DNA of 64,000 nucleotides, from contig CAXXDX010000002.1 in NCBI GenBank assembly GCA_963677605.2, positions 266,057 through 330,056 on the forward strand, read 5' to 3'. This document shows positions 1 through 10,082 of this stretch, in pieces. This stretch comes from Christensenellaceae bacterium (GTDB lineage Bacteria > Bacillota > Clostridia > Christensenellales > UMGS416). The position numbers and the translations under genes are program-made. Each line of letters starts with the position of its first letter. The stretch's first letter is position 1. Under the pieces are notes generated by a model. It was not told where the DNA came from. It searched no databases and saw only the letters and a program-made list of their open reading frames with translations.

Positions 1-958
1 GCACAAATTCTATTAGCGCGCGCTTGTTTTTAATGTGTGAGTCCCACAGTTTCTGAGCATTGTCTACATTGTCCAGCATATTGCTGTCCACCCAAGTCGG
101 CAGGTGAATCGCGTTTGTTATTCCAATGATTTCACATCTGTCTTTTATATGCTTCCACATCTTGTTTGCAGTCTTTCCGTGCAGCTTAGCAACAGCGTTG
201 GACATCTTGCAGATTCTAAGAGCGGCAACAGTCATATTAAACGGAGCATCTCCGATTTCCACAAGCTGCTCAATTGTCAGACCGTTATTTGCCCCCATAT
301 ACATAAGCTTTTCAATGTTATGTGATTCATTGCCCTGAATAACAGGAGTATGCGTGGTGAAAACTGTCTGCTTTTTTGTCTTTTTCAGTGCTTTTTTATA
401 GCTAAGTCCAGCCTCTATATGTTCGCGAATAAGTTCAAATCCAGCAAACACAGCATGTCCTTCGTTAAAGTGATAAATATCTATATCTAGACCAAGTTCC
501 CGCAAAGCGCGCACTCCGCCTATTCCGAGTATCATCTCCTGAGCTATCCGCTCTTCTCCAAACCAACCGTAAAGCTGACCTGTTATCCAGCGCTCATCAT
601 TTTTCTCAATATCTGTGTCCAAAAGATAAAGGTCGGCGTTATCAAAGCAGTCAACCTTCCATACCTTTGCGTACACATCAGCTTTTCTGATTTTCACGCA
701 AATTTCAACACCTGTATCCTTTAAAAAAGGGTACTTATAATTATGATAGGTATCATAGGCTTTACCATCTTTAGATATCATCTGATCTGTGTATCCCTGC
801 TTCCACATAAGCCCGATGCCTACAATGGGATATCCATGCTGCTTTGCTCCCTTTAAATAGTCACCAGCCAAAATGCCAAGCCCTCCGGCATATTGCTTAA
901 AGTCGCTGTCCAGACCATACTCCATGCAAAAATATGCAACATTAGGTTTTTTATTCAT
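1..958 (-). CDS. glgP: alpha-glucan (glycogen/maltodextrin) phosphorylase, N-terminal part; the gene runs off the left edge of the window
   Basis: Absent from the ORF track because there is no stop codon in the window. My reverse-strand translation from the ATG at 956-958 gives MNKKPNVAYFCMEYGLDSDFKQYAGGLGILAGDYLKGAKQHGYPIVGIGLMWKQGY. The YAGGLGILAGD block is typical of GT35 alpha-glucan phosphorylases. A GGGAGG RBS lies 6 nt upstream. Confidence 0.8.
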   Translation of the reverse strand, partial: MNKKPNVAYFCMEYGLDSDFKQYAGGLGILAGDYLKGAKQHGYPIVGIGLMWKQGYTDQMISKDGKAYDTYHNYKYPFLKDTGVEICVKIRKADVYAKVWKVDCFDNADLYLLDTDIEKNDERWITGQLYGWFGEERIAQEMILGIGGVRALRELGLDIDIYHFNEGHAVFAGFELIREHIEAGLSYKKALKKTKKQTVFTTHTPVIQGNESHNIEKLMYMGANNGLTIEQLVEIGDAPFNMTVAALRICKMSNAVAKLHGKTANKMWKHIKDRCEIIGITNAIHLPTWVDSNMLDNVDNAQKLWDSHIKNKRALIEFV

Positions 959-1071
959 CGCAAGCCTCCCATCGGATATAGTTCAACACGTCATCTTTTT
1001 ATTATATCAAAACTAATTGTACTGTTCATATTATTATTTATGCTTTTACATTCCTGTTATTTAAAATACTA

Positions 1072-2421
1072 TTATTGCAGCTTATTTTTTTGCTTTTTCT
1101 TATCTGCATACATTTTTTTATCCGCCTCTTCAATCGAGTTGCTTAAATCATTACTCAAATCCAATTCACTTATGCCGTATGAAAAAGACAGCTCAAAGCT
1201 AAATCCTTTTATTTGAGCTACATTTTCCAACGCTCTTTTTACAATAATTTCTGCGCCTTCTTCATCAGTCTCATTAAGAAGCATCAGAAACTCGTCTCCG
1301 CCGTACCTTATAAGATAATCATCATTCCTAACTGTATTAAGCATAGCATTTGAGATTGATTTAAGCACATCATCTCCAATTAAGTGCCCGTATTTGTCAT
1401 TAACCTGTTTAAAATTATCAACATCCGTCATAACCAAAGAATACTTTTTTGATTTTTTTCTTATTTTATTATTCCAAACATCAAGAAATGTCCGAGAAAA
1501 TGCTCCTGTAAGTTTGTCGGTGTTCAGTTCTGATTTCAGCTTTCTGACACTTTTTTCAGTTAAAATAAATTTCTTTTTGGCAAACCGGAAAAATAGCAGG
1601 TATATCGCGAGATAGATGCCAACAAGCAAAGAAAACCATGAGACAACTATCCTTGTCATTACACTCATGATTTCGCTGTAAATTTTTTCTCTGTCTGTGG
1701 AAAGCGAGATATAAATATTTTCGTCAAGCTTCTTTAGCCAGAAGACGCTGTCTTTAGTTTCAACTACTCTTTCCCCGTCGTAATCTTTAATTGTTTTTGA
1801 CTCATTTATCAAAACATCATATTGATTTGATGAAACAACATCCGCAGAAACATTTTCATCCGAAATACTCTCTACAATACTTGAGAAATCAAAATATAAA
1901 ATGTCCGCACCAACAGATTTGCCGTCAGATACCACTTCAGTAATAATCTTCAGATATATCATATTGTCATACGCTATATACTCAAGCAGATTATTCATGT
2001 CGCATGAGTCAACTATGCTGTCACTGATTTTTATATGCTTTGTGCTGTCATAATGAGCTATAGTTTCCCCGTCAGAATTTCTTACTGCACAGACAAGATA
2101 ATTTAAAACTTTTGCTCCATCTTCATATTTTGACTTTGTAAACTCAACCAAATCATTTAAGCTTATGGTTCCCGAATTATATTCCGCTATTTTTTGGGCT
2201 ATCATCGTCCTGCTGGAAAGGCTGTCGCTGCCTTCTTTGCATCTTGATACTTCGCTTTCAATCTCACTAAACTTTGAAGAACAAAGTGTAGTGTAGTTTT
2301 TTATTTCTTTATCTAACAAACTTGCTTTAATTGGATTAAAAATCAAGAAAATCGTCGCTATTATAACAAGCACCGAAACAATAACTGTTATAAATCTGGC
2401 TCTTTTGATAAGTTCATTCAT
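1072..2421 (-). CDS. membrane-anchored diguanylate cyclase (GGDEF) with an N-terminal extracytoplasmic sensor-like region
   Basis: 449-aa ORF with two hydrophobic helices (FITVIVSVLVIIATIFLIF and VVSWFSLLVGIYLAIYLLFF) flanking a region of about 230 aa. The C-terminal domain carries DVDNFKQVNDKYGH and RYGGDEF. Confidence 0.9.
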   Translation of the reverse strand: MNELIKRARFITVIVSVLVIIATIFLIFNPIKASLLDKEIKNYTTLCSSKFSEIESEVSRCKEGSDSLSSRTMIAQKIAEYNSGTISLNDLVEFTKSKYEDGAKVLNYLVCAVRNSDGETIAHYDSTKHIKISDSIVDSCDMNNLLEYIAYDNMIYLKIITEVVSDGKSVGADILYFDFSSIVESISDENVSADVVSSNQYDVLINESKTIKDYDGERVVETKDSVFWLKKLDENIYISLSTDREKIYSEIMSVMTRIVVSWFSLLVGIYLAIYLLFFRFAKKKFILTEKSVRKLKSELNTDKLTGAFSRTFLDVWNNKIRKKSKKYSLVMTDVDNFKQVNDKYGHLIGDDVLKSISNAMLNTVRNDDYLIRYGGDEFLMLLNETDEEGAEIIVKRALENVAQIKGFSFELSFSYGISELDLSNDLSNSIEEADKKMYADKKKQKNKLQ

Positions 2422-2475
2422 GTGTAGCTATCCCTCTTATTACATCCCTAACTATTATAAATTATATTAAACTTA

Positions 2476-4308
2476 CTAATCAATTCGGCTGGGCTTTGAA
2501 AAATAATATCCCTGAATTATCCCGCAGCCAAGCTCAAAAAGCATATCACATTGTTCTTTTGTTTCCACGCCTTCGGCAACAATCTTAAAACCATATGCAT
2601 TCTTTAAGGCAATTATCGCTTCAATTATCTTAAGTGTTTTATTGTCAAATGTAATTCTGTCAATAAACGATTTATCTATTTTTACTTCGTCAAACTCCAG
2701 CCTAGACAAATAGTTAAGTGACGAATACCCCGTTCCGAAGTCATCAAGCGCAATCTTAAATCCATGGCTTTTCAGCTCATTAATGACGGAAATTGCACTG
2801 TTAACATTTTCAATCAACACTTCTTCCGTAATTTCAAAGACAATGTTTTGCGGACTGATTTTTCGCTGTTTTACAGCACTAACAGTAAACTCTACAAATC
2901 CCACAGAAGACAAAAATTGGGGAGAAATGTTTATTGCCACCTCAACTCCGTCACCATATTTTTTGCACAGTTTAGGATAATCGTTTAAAACCAGGTCAAT
3001 TGTATGTATTCCAAACCTGCTGTTAAACTGTGATTTTTCAACATGCGGAATAAATATTTTTGGTGAAACAAGTCCGAGCTCTTTTGACTGCCATCGGGCA
3101 AGTGCTTCAACTCCTATTACTTTATTGTCTCTGCAGTCAGTTTTCTCCTGATAGCACATATAAAATTCACGGTTTTCAAATCCCTCTTCAATTAGCTCTT
3201 TTATATGCTCGCTTTCAAGTATATTGCTTTCAATCTCCTCGCTGTAGTTTATGGCAGTCAAAGAGCCGCTTAACTTTGCAACCTGCAATGCTATTGAAGC
3301 TTTTTGATATGCTGTGTGAATGTCTGTGCTGGATTTGTCAAATTCATAATAACCTATGTGAAAACTTATATTTCTTTTCTTTTCTATTATTATTTTATGT
3401 AGTTTAGCTGAATCAATAAAGCGCCGACTTCTTTCCATTAATTCTTCTTTTGAAATATTATACATCAACCAAGCAAGCTCATTGGTGCCTGTTTTTGCGT
3501 AAATATTATTCCCTTGCTGACTGTTTATAAACGCCTCCGCAACAGCTATGTTAATCTCATCAGCTTCCTGCCTTCCGTAAATCGAGTTTATCATATCAAA
3601 TTCGCTGATGCTGAAAAGCACCATAAAACCCGGCTTATCCAGCAAAACAGAGTCTTTTGAAAAAAGCTTGTTTTTATTGGGCAGTCCGGAGAGCTGGTCA
3701 TAATACGCAAGATAGTTTATTTGTTTAGAATGGTCCTCTACTTCTTTTAAGCTAATGCTGAAATGTTTTTTTATAGAGTTTACAACACTGTAAACTAAAC
3801 TAAAGCTTAACACTAAATTTAATATATGATTTACCCATACAAAAACTAAACTAATATTTCTAAAAGAATCTGTGACATTATTTAAAATGTTCAAATACTG
3901 TAAAACTGCCAATACAATAAGTGCCGTTATTGTTGCGGCAATAACCCGTATTGCCAATTTTTTTGATCTGTATCCAACAATAAGTATGATTCCGACAAAG
4001 AGAGTCTCTACACCTGACCCATAAAAACCTCTGACATATAACAATAAGATTCCGTTAACAATTGCAATCGTAGCTAATGCTGTAATTTTGAATTCTGTAC
4101 TAATTTGTTTTCTGAAAACGACCAATATAATTAAAAGTGACAGAACAAAAATATTAATATAAAAAAACAACATACCTCGAGAAACAAAATTTATAATGGA
4201 ATTTAAGCTTACAACAAGAATCCCGATAGGAATTACTGCATCAAGACTATGTGCAATCTTAGATAAAATCATATCATCATATTTTTTAAAATCCATAGGC
4301 TTCCTCAT
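2476..4308 (-). CDS. polytopic membrane protein with a degenerate GGDEF-like domain and an EAL c-di-GMP phosphodiesterase domain
   Basis: 610-aa ORF. The N-terminal ~190 aa are strongly hydrophobic (about 5-6 helices). The central domain has no GG(D/E)EF motif; the equivalent position reads KTGTNELAWL. The C-terminal EAL domain has EALARW, DDFGTGYSSLNYL, EGVET and QGYYFSKP. Confidence 0.85.
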   Translation of the reverse strand: MRKPMDFKKYDDMILSKIAHSLDAVIPIGILVVSLNSIINFVSRGMLFFYINIFVLSLLIILVVFRKQISTEFKITALATIAIVNGILLLYVRGFYGSGVETLFVGIILIVGYRSKKLAIRVIAATITALIVLAVLQYLNILNNVTDSFRNISLVFVWVNHILNLVLSFSLVYSVVNSIKKHFSISLKEVEDHSKQINYLAYYDQLSGLPNKNKLFSKDSVLLDKPGFMVLFSISEFDMINSIYGRQEADEINIAVAEAFINSQQGNNIYAKTGTNELAWLMYNISKEELMERSRRFIDSAKLHKIIIEKKRNISFHIGYYEFDKSSTDIHTAYQKASIALQVAKLSGSLTAINYSEEIESNILESEHIKELIEEGFENREFYMCYQEKTDCRDNKVIGVEALARWQSKELGLVSPKIFIPHVEKSQFNSRFGIHTIDLVLNDYPKLCKKYGDGVEVAINISPQFLSSVGFVEFTVSAVKQRKISPQNIVFEITEEVLIENVNSAISVINELKSHGFKIALDDFGTGYSSLNYLSRLEFDEVKIDKSFIDRITFDNKTLKIIEAIIALKNAYGFKIVAEGVETKEQCDMLFELGCGIIQGYYFSKPSRID

Positions 4309-4601
4309 CGCTAAACCAAAAAACTTTTATTAATAAACCAAATTATATTTTATTATAGCAAGGCATTTTTTATATGTAGGTGCATTATAATTTTATCTTA
4401 AATTTAATTATAACAGTATAATACCATGACAATAATTTGTTTATCAAACAATTCTTATAATTCTCAGCATTTTTTATAAACAGCTATAACTTTTTGATTC
4501 GCCTTTTGTTCTTTTTGATGATTTATGAATGAAAAACAGATAAACAAAAGACATAACCTATAGCTATGCCTTTTTAAGATATTTTGATCAAATAACTTCT
4601 T

Positions 4602-5726
4602 CTACTTGTTTTCAGATTTCTTTGCTTTCTTTTCCTCGTATAGTTTTTTGTCAGCTTTTCGTATCAAATCCGGAATATTGTTTTCCTTGTCTGTTCGAAG
4701 AGCAAACCCGATGCTGATTTCTGCAGCCCATGGTGTATTGTTTTCAACATTATCTTTTTCTATCTGCCTGTATATACTGTCGCGAATCTGCTCAACCGCC
4801 TGATCCGATTCTGCCTCGCCTATTGCAACAAACTCATCACCGCCGTATCTTGCTATAATAAAATGCTGCGGCACAGCCTTTTTTAAAGCGTCAGCTATAA
4901 GTGTTAATGCGCTGTCTCCTTCAGCATGCCCGTAAGTGTCATTTATCTGTTTGAAACCATCTGCGTCCATTATCATCAAATATAGGTTGTTATCATCACT
5001 TTTCATCTTTGACGAAAGGTACTGTAAAACCTGATTTCTGTTGTTTAGTCCAGTAAGAGGGTCTTTGGATATCAAGTTCTGCTGATGGTTTTGGTATACA
5101 ATCATAGTTGCCAGCGCAATACCGACACAGGTCATTGGCGCCGCGCCGTTTAACAGCCACTGAGGAATCATGCTTAAAACAGGAAGCACAACAAAAGCGC
5201 CAAGAGAAAGATACTCATCTTTTTTCACATAGTTTTCTTTTTGGAATGCATGATAAATCGCCCGCACTCCCGTAAACAATATATATCCGAAACTTATAAT
5301 AACCTGCAGCGGATATAATGAAGCCCTGTGATATCCCGTTTCATCCAAGGTAAATATTTTCCCGGTAAACAGCAGGACAACCAAAAATGCAGCAGGTATT
5401 ATTGTTATAAACACAATCCATTTTTTCTTCAATATGCCGGATCCCTGAATAGTTTCGGAATAAAAAAACCATATTACTGCGGCTGCAAGCAAAGAAATGA
5501 AATAGATAATACAGGCTAAGTATCCCTGCCAAAGAGGATATCCCGTTTCTGGAAGCAGCGCCCATACCATATCCGATGCAAATGCCAATACACTAAACGC
5601 CATACAATATATGTACTTCTTCCATGTGTATGATTTGTCTATATCTCTTGCAGCTTTATAAATTTCATATAAAACTATTGCAATACAGATTAGATTGATT
5701 TCTGCGTAAAGGATTCTGGACTCCAT
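4602..5726 (-). CDS. polytopic membrane diguanylate cyclase (GGDEF)
   Basis: 374-aa ORF with about 6 N-terminal hydrophobic helices. The C-terminal domain carries DADGFKQINDTYGH and RYGGDEF. Confidence 0.9.
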   Translation of the reverse strand: MESRILYAEINLICIAIVLYEIYKAARDIDKSYTWKKYIYCMAFSVLAFASDMVWALLPETGYPLWQGYLACIIYFISLLAAAVIWFFYSETIQGSGILKKKWIVFITIIPAAFLVVLLFTGKIFTLDETGYHRASLYPLQVIISFGYILFTGVRAIYHAFQKENYVKKDEYLSLGAFVVLPVLSMIPQWLLNGAAPMTCVGIALATMIVYQNHQQNLISKDPLTGLNNRNQVLQYLSSKMKSDDNNLYLMIMDADGFKQINDTYGHAEGDSALTLIADALKKAVPQHFIIARYGGDEFVAIGEAESDQAVEQIRDSIYRQIEKDNVENNTPWAAEISIGFALRTDKENNIPDLIRKADKKLYEEKKAKKSENK

Positions 5727-5844
5727 TGAATTGTCCTCTTTCTTAAATTGTACTGCTTAACCGTCGACTAAACAGCATATCATCAATAAGACTACACCAT
5801 TATTTGAATAATCACAATCTAAACTTTCATTTGTTTAAAAATCT

Positions 5845-7047
5845 TTATTTAAAATTTAAGCTGCAAATTTTGTCCGTTTCCCTGGCGATGCTCAGTTCTT
5901 CGTTAGTAGGAATAACCATTAGAGAAGTTTTACCTTTAGGATCTGATATAAGCTTTTCTTTTTCCTTGGAATTATTTCTATCATCATCCAAAATAACACC
6001 TAGGTAATCCATATCCTCCAATATCATTTTCCGTATTTGAGCCGAGTTTTCCCCGATGCCACCTGCAAATGCAATTATATCCGCTCCGTTCATAGAGGCC
6101 GCATATGCACCGATATATTTTTTTATTCGATAACAAAACATTGATATCGCAAGCTCTGCCCGAGTGTTTCCGTTTTCCGCTTCAAAAAGCACATCCCTGA
6201 AATCATTGCTCAGTCCTGAGACACCAAGCACGCCGGATTTTTTGTTCAAGTAACATATCGCTTCATCAAATGACATATCCATTTTTTCGGCAAGATATTT
6301 TACAGCAGTGGGATCTATATCTCCGGATCGCGTACCCATCATCACTCCTTCAAGAGGTGAAAATCCCATTGAAGTATCAACAGCCTCGCCCCTGTTTACA
6401 GCAGCAACGCTGGATCCGTTTCCCAGATGACAGGTAATAATTTTTAAGTCGCAAACATCTCTTCCTGCCAGATGTGCCGCTCTCTTTGCAACATAATCAT
6501 GGGATATCCCGTGGAACCCGTATTTTCTTATCCTATATTCTTCATAAGCTTCAATTGGAATTGCGTAAAGATATGCCTTCCGGGGCAGCGTGCTGTGAAA
6601 TGCCGTATCGAAAACGCCTACCATCGGAATATGGGGTACAATCTTTTTACAAGCCTCGATGCACATAATATTGGCAGGATTGTGAAGAGGCGCAATGTCA
6701 GAATTTTTGTTTAGTTCAGCCATGACTTCACCGTCTAATATACATGGCTTTCTAAACCTCTCCCCGCCATGTACTATCCTGTGTCCGATTGCATCAATCT
6801 CATTAAGGTCTTTTATTATTCCAAGCTTTTGATCAATCAAAGTTTTAAACACATAATCTACGGAGTTTTGAAAGCTGCCTTCCTCTATTTCTGTTTCGCA
6901 TTCCAATTTGTCAGCTTTATACCGAAAGAAAGTGTTTTCAGAGCCGATTCGCTCGACACTTCCTTTTGCGAGAACCTCTTCGCTGTTAATGTTTATAAGC
7001 TGATATTTAAGAGAAGAGCTGCCAGCATTTAATACTAATATGTTCAT
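5845..7047 (-). CDS. ackA: acetate kinase family protein (paralog 1)
   Basis: MNILVLNAGSSSLKYQL N-terminus, then HRIVHGG, APLHNPAN, VFDTAFH, KYGFHGISH, CHLGNGSS and GGIGENS. I place the start at the ATG at 7045-7047, preceded by GAGGTG, rather than the GTG start in the track (7056). Confidence 0.9.
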   Translation of the reverse strand: MNILVLNAGSSSLKYQLININSEEVLAKGSVERIGSENTFFRYKADKLECETEIEEGSFQNSVDYVFKTLIDQKLGIIKDLNEIDAIGHRIVHGGERFRKPCILDGEVMAELNKNSDIAPLHNPANIMCIEACKKIVPHIPMVGVFDTAFHSTLPRKAYLYAIPIEAYEEYRIRKYGFHGISHDYVAKRAAHLAGRDVCDLKIITCHLGNGSSVAAVNRGEAVDTSMGFSPLEGVMMGTRSGDIDPTAVKYLAEKMDMSFDEAICYLNKKSGVLGVSGLSNDFRDVLFEAENGNTRAELAISMFCYRIKKYIGAYAASMNGADIIAFAGGIGENSAQIRKMILEDMDYLGVILDDDRNNSKEKEKLISDPKGKTSLMVIPTNEELSIARETDKICSLNFK

Positions 7048-7151
7048 AATAACCACCTCAGTCAGGCTTTTTTAGAAAACCAAAACCAGCACTGGAAAGT
7101 CAGTGCTTATGTTCATTCTTATACCCTATTTTAGAAAATATCTTTAAATTG

Positions 7152-7180
7152 AAAAAGCAGGATGTAGTTATCTTCCTGCT
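7152..7180 (-). terminator. putative Rho-independent terminator after the TetR gene
   Basis: On the minus strand: AGCAGGA, an 11-nt loop, TCCTGCT, then TTTTCAATTT. It starts at the last base of the TetR stop codon. Confidence 0.45.
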
Positions 7181-7794
7181 TATGTGTTTTTACCCGTAAA
7201 TAAACCGCCGTCAAGCATTCTCATCACTTGATCAACTATATATTCCAAGTCCATAGTTTTTTCAAAAGTTACATACCTAAGCCCGATAAAGCTGGAAATA
7301 CCCATCAGTACATAAGATATCAGCTCGTTGTCAAACTCGTAAATTTCGCCCTCGTCAAAAGCTTTTTTAAGGTTCTTTTGATAGTTTCCAGAAAATTTTT
7401 CATAGTATGCAACAAACAGTTCTTTGTCTATGTGAAGCGATTCCCAAATGATATTGTATACATGGGGATGCTCCTGAATTATATTAAGATAGCTGAGCAT
7501 TCCGATTTTTTCTTTTTCACGTCTTGAAGTACAGTCGGAATTTTTGATGTCCTGTGCTATCCTGCTGCGAACCAGATGTCCGTATCTTGTAACAAGATAG
7601 CAGTACAAAGTATATTTATCCTTAAAATAAATATACAAAGTGCCCGGAGCAACCTTGGCCTTTACCGCTATGTCATTAATTGATGTATTATAATAACCTT
7701 TTTCGCCAAACAGACGCTCTGCCGCTTTAAGAATTTTCTCTCTTGTGGCAAGACCTCTTTTGGTTTTAGGTTCGATAACGGATATATCAGCCAT
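7180..7794 (-). CDS. TetR/AcrR family transcriptional regulator
   Basis: 204-aa ORF. The N-terminal HTH region (REKILKAAERLFGEKGYYNTSINDIAVKAKVAPGTLYIYFKDK) is typical of TetR_N. Confidence 0.9.
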   Translation of the reverse strand: MADISVIEPKTKRGLATREKILKAAERLFGEKGYYNTSINDIAVKAKVAPGTLYIYFKDKYTLYCYLVTRYGHLVRSRIAQDIKNSDCTSRREKEKIGMLSYLNIIQEHPHVYNIIWESLHIDKELFVAYYEKFSGNYQKNLKKAFDEGEIYEFDNELISYVLMGISSFIGLRYVTFEKTMDLEYIVDQVMRMLDGGLFTGKNT

Positions 7795-7866
7795 TTTGCT
7801 CCTTCTTCCCAGTATTTAATCAAATATAATTTTTATATTATATCATATACTAAATTCTTTTAATAT

Positions 7867-8682
7867 TTATACGTTTATTTCGTCCTCCGGCAGGTTAATA
7901 AAGCCCATGACTATAGATGTGAAAAGATAAGGTCTCTCATAAAAAGCTGCGTGTCCGGTCTCAGGAAGCACCACAAGCTCCGCATTAGGCATCTGTTTTG
8001 CCATGAAGCGCTGTTCATCGAGAGGTGTGATATAATCCTGCTCGCATCCTATAATCATAGTCGGTACATTTATATCCTGCAGCTTATCGGTTACGTCATG
8101 AGTGTTTGCGGAGTTTGTCAGCCTAATCATGCTGTCCAAAAAATCTTTGTTTGCAAATGCAGTTTTGGTAAGTATAGCTTTCCTTTGGTCCATCCACTCT
8201 TTTTTTCTGTCATAGTATTTTGGTGAATAGATTGCAGGTATTGTTGTGCAGTAATAAGCTTCCGGAATACCCGACGCATAATTCCACGCCTCGCCTATCT
8301 CCTTAAGCCATGAGTTTGTCCTTGCCACAGTGTTTGCAAGCACCATACGCTTTATCTTCTCAGGATATTTCGCAGCAAACTGCAAGGCTACTTCTCCGCC
8401 GTATGATGTTGCCATTATAGAAACTTTATCAAGCTTCAGCTCATCCAATAGCGAATTTACAACTTCCACCTGCACTGCCTGAGTAAATTCCTCTGTCATT
8501 TTCTCGCTTTGTCCCTGATCAAGCAGGTCCACAAGCACAAGCATGTTGTTTTGAGTAAAATGCTTCTCATAAGGAGTCCAGCTTAGAGTGGACATCATTA
8601 TGCCGTTTAATATCAATAGAGGCTCGCCTTCGCCCACAGTGCGGTAAAAGACCTGTTTGCCTTTAAAAGTAAATGTACTCAT
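7867..8682 (-). CDS. alpha/beta-fold hydrolase
   Basis: Nucleophile-elbow-like MATSYGGEVAL, a late acidic residue (CEQDYITP) and TGHAAFYE. I prefer the ATG at 8680-8682 (MSTFTFKGK, with GGGGG upstream) over the TTG start in the track at 8706. Confidence 0.8.
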   Translation of the reverse strand: MSTFTFKGKQVFYRTVGEGEPLLILNGIMMSTLSWTPYEKHFTQNNMLVLVDLLDQGQSEKMTEEFTQAVQVEVVNSLLDELKLDKVSIMATSYGGEVALQFAAKYPEKIKRMVLANTVARTNSWLKEIGEAWNYASGIPEAYYCTTIPAIYSPKYYDRKKEWMDQRKAILTKTAFANKDFLDSMIRLTNSANTHDVTDKLQDINVPTMIIGCEQDYITPLDEQRFMAKQMPNAELVVLPETGHAAFYERPYLFTSIVMGFINLPEDEINV

Positions 8683-8695
8683 ATTTAACCCCCGA

Positions 8696-10018
8696 TTATC
8701 TGTCAAAAATCAGCTGAAGTTCATGTGCCTGTTTGTAAAGTTCATCCCTGTACTTAGGGTGAGCTATGGCAATCAGCCTGTCCACACGTTCTGCAATGCT
8801 TGTTCCGCGAAGAGATGCAACGCCATACTCTGTTACAACATAGTCAACATCGTTTCTTGAAAGAGAAACAGCAGCTCCCGGTCTCAGCTGACCGACTATT
8901 TTGCTGATTTCCTCTTTTTCACCCGTTTCTTTGTTGCGCACCATTGCAGTTGAATAAAGCGCTATAAACGATTTTCCGCCTTTGGAGTTTTGCGCCCCGA
9001 CGGCAGTGTCTGTCTGTCCGCCTGTTCCACTGAACTGAATTGAACCTAACGATTCGCTTGCACACTGTCCTGTAAGGTCCACTTCAAGTGTAGTGTTAAC
9101 CGAAATCTGGTTGTCATTAAGCGCCATCACATGCGGATCGTTTGTATAAGCTCCGTCCAAAAACTCAACTGCAGGATTGTCATCCAAGAACTCGTAAAGC
9201 TCTTTTGAACCCATCGCAAAAGTCGCAATCATTTTCCCCTTATAGGACTGTTTGCGCTTTCCTGTGATGACTCCTGCTTTGTATAGCTTCATCATGCCGT
9301 CGGTAAACATTTCCGTATGTATCCCAAGGTCTTTTTTGCCCATAAGAGCGTCAGCCACGGCATTCGGAATACCTCCGATGCCCAGCTGTATGCATGAGCC
9401 GTCATCCACAAGGTCGGCTATAAATGCGCCGATCTTCTTGTCTTTATCATTGATGGGAGCTTCAGGAGTTGCAAACGGCTCATAATCCGTTTCAACCAGA
9501 TAGTCCACATCGCTCAAAGGAATCTGTATATCGCCGAATGTCCTTGGGAAATTCGGATTAATTTCTAAAATTACTATATCTGCCTCTTCTATCATGTGTC
9601 TTTCATAGCACACACTCAGGCTCAGCGATACATTGCCGTGTTTGTCCGGCATGCTTGCAGCGCCAACATAAATATTAGGTTTTTTGTAAGCAAGTCTCTT
9701 TGTTGCAGCAAAATGCAGATGGTTCGGTATAAAGGATACATTTCCGTTCCTGTGGAATCTTCTAAGAGACGCCGTGTAAAACCATGTCTCAACCATAAAC
9801 TTGCTCTTGTATTCGGGATTTGAGAAAAACTCATAATCCGCCATAGGGATACAGTTGGAAACTGAAATGTTTTCCACTCTGTCAGCTATAGTGTGCAGTT
9901 TTTCCATAAAGCACACAGCCTCTGAAATACACATCCCTGTCACTATGTAATCATTGGATTTAACCAAATCCAGCGCTTTTTCTATCGTTATAATCTTGTC
10001 GCTGTAATCATAACTCAT
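8696..10018 (-). CDS. acetyl-CoA hydrolase/transferase family protein (4-hydroxybutyrate or butyryl-CoA:acetate CoA-transferase-like)
   Basis: 440-aa ORF. Family-typical blocks are GIGGIPNAVADAL, HTEMFTDG, SVNTTLEVDLTGQ and SGTGGQTD. Confidence 0.85.
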   Translation of the reverse strand: MSYDYSDKIITIEKALDLVKSNDYIVTGMCISEAVCFMEKLHTIADRVENISVSNCIPMADYEFFSNPEYKSKFMVETWFYTASLRRFHRNGNVSFIPNHLHFAATKRLAYKKPNIYVGAASMPDKHGNVSLSLSVCYERHMIEEADIVILEINPNFPRTFGDIQIPLSDVDYLVETDYEPFATPEAPINDKDKKIGAFIADLVDDGSCIQLGIGGIPNAVADALMGKKDLGIHTEMFTDGMMKLYKAGVITGKRKQSYKGKMIATFAMGSKELYEFLDDNPAVEFLDGAYTNDPHVMALNDNQISVNTTLEVDLTGQCASESLGSIQFSGTGGQTDTAVGAQNSKGGKSFIALYSTAMVRNKETGEKEEISKIVGQLRPGAAVSLSRNDVDYVVTEYGVASLRGTSIAERVDRLIAIAHPKYRDELYKQAHELQLIFDR

Positions 10019-10082
10019 TATATCACCTCATAAATAGCAATGGGGAAACAGAAGTTTCCCCATATGCATTTTTGTAGCCTTA

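Noticed and set aside
893-1216. 107-aa plus-strand ORF bridging the phosphorylase start and the DGC gene end
   Set aside because: It overlaps two supported minus-strand genes and the intergenic region between them. The translation is hydrophobic and low-complexity, and there is no RBS.
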